Under the pieces are notes generated by a model that worked only from the letters and a program-made list of their open reading frames with translations, searched no databases and had not been told where the DNA came from. A DNA stretch of 63,544 bases, counting the filler, from Gonapodya sp. JEL0774 (Eukaryota), in the NCBI GenBank assembly GCA_027604505.1. It is 38 parts of 38 records of this genome, joined end to end, with 100 filler letters (N's around TTAATTAATTAA, not from the genome) between each part and the next. Parts side by side here need not be neighbours in the genome. Positions count along the whole stretch, not along the records: positions 61,984 to 63,544 come from JADIIX010002947.1; 37 more parts are not named here. One strand, written 5' to 3'. A program made the translations under genes and the position numbers. Numbering within the stretch: the first letter of the stretch is position 1; each line of letters opens with the position of its first letter. Of this stretch, positions 62,535-63,544 are shown piece by piece.

Positions 62535-63544
62535 TTCTCCATGAAATTTTCACGCAAATCCGTGATTTGAAAATGCGATATGGTGGGTCGCGAAATGAGG
62601 CTAGGAAGAGTGCACGCAGGACATCCGTCCGACTGGTGATCTCATCCGTTATTTCGTCGATAACACCACAATAACACAAAGACCCCCAGCATGTTCACTA
62701 AAACTGCATTCGTTAGTCCTCGGGAAATATATGCGGACTCATACGTCCCCAGTTTTCTTCCCTAACCAACAAATTTCTAATCTTATCCATCGGCACCCGC
62801 TCCACCAGACTCCCACAGGCGGCAGCACTGAAGAGATTCCGGCCGCCAATGCCTTAGGGACTACGACTGTTGGTTTCTAATGCGACTTCTATTCTGTATC
62901 AAGACCTTTGTTCGTGCAGTTTTTGGATTGTGCGCTGGTGAGTGCATTTGGTCAGTGGGTAACTCGTACATACGTCACCCTTCAAGCCATTCCCGAACTC
63001 TTGGTGACTTCATTGGGCAGCACAGGTCCATGTGTTAGATTCCCGTGCTATTTTGAGACACGAGCATCATGCAGCTGAATGCCTGCAATCTGCTGCTCAT
63101 GTTCATGGTGTGGATGATCAAGGAAATGAGCGAAATTCTTCCCACTTTTCTCGCCACCACTTTGTATCCCCAGCAAACTTGGCAAAACATCTTTTGCCTT
63201 TTGTGCGTTTGGGTACCCTAGTCTTGTGTATGTGCGTCGTCATGATATGTCGTTACTATTCATTTTCGACAGGCCCTAGTGCCGAACCACACCGGGCAGC
63301 AACAGGGTGCGAGAAGAGGAAGCCGCCAACAGGGGGGGGGCGGGCGGTGCTGCCAGAAACCGGGCCGGTGAGCGAGGAAGACTCTGAGCCCACCACCCCC
63401 GTGCATTTTTTGATGTAACAACAGAAAAAAAAACATCCACTAAGGAGAACAAGCTACACAGAGCCGTTCAGACATCACAGGCATAGTTGCGAAGTCCACA
63501 CAAAACAAAAAAACCAAGCCGTCGCTCCAGCTGAGACGACGTTG

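Overview
This window is not one locus. It is 38 unrelated short contigs, sorted by decreasing length (1584 to 1561 bp) and joined by an artificial 100-bp linker (44 N + TTAATTAATTAA + 44 N), so gene order across linkers means nothing. The DNA is from an intron-rich eukaryote. Fungal-type NEW1/eEF3, a Crinkler (CRN) N-terminal domain, a TACC C-terminus and paralogous SH3 proteins point to a zoosporic (chytrid/monoblepharid-like) fungus, which is an inference. Most contigs carry partial, spliced genes: LCB2, NUDIX, GH26, two MFS transporters, NDH-2, HPPD, TRAPPC8-like, XLF, P450, SDR, JMJD5, SCOT, VOC, GH135-like, YeeE/YedE, thymidylate synthase, VPS15, UBLCP1 and a SAM methyltransferase. There is also a decayed Ty3/Gypsy pol, the 3' end of LSU rRNA with an adjacent ~41-bp periodic motif array, and an interstitial (CCCTAA)8 tract followed by two hairpins and a higher-order, palindrome-rich satellite. 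The strongest leads are: (1) an Argonaute whose three visible PIWI catalytic residues are all substituted while the MID 5'-phosphate pocket is intact; (2) a cytochrome b561 + cytochrome b5 + probable FAD-binding fusion; (3) the telomeric-repeat/hairpin/satellite module; (4) the rDNA spacer motif array; (5) a degenerate dUTPase-like fold inside the Gypsy pol. All family calls come from manual motif recognition; no database searches were run.
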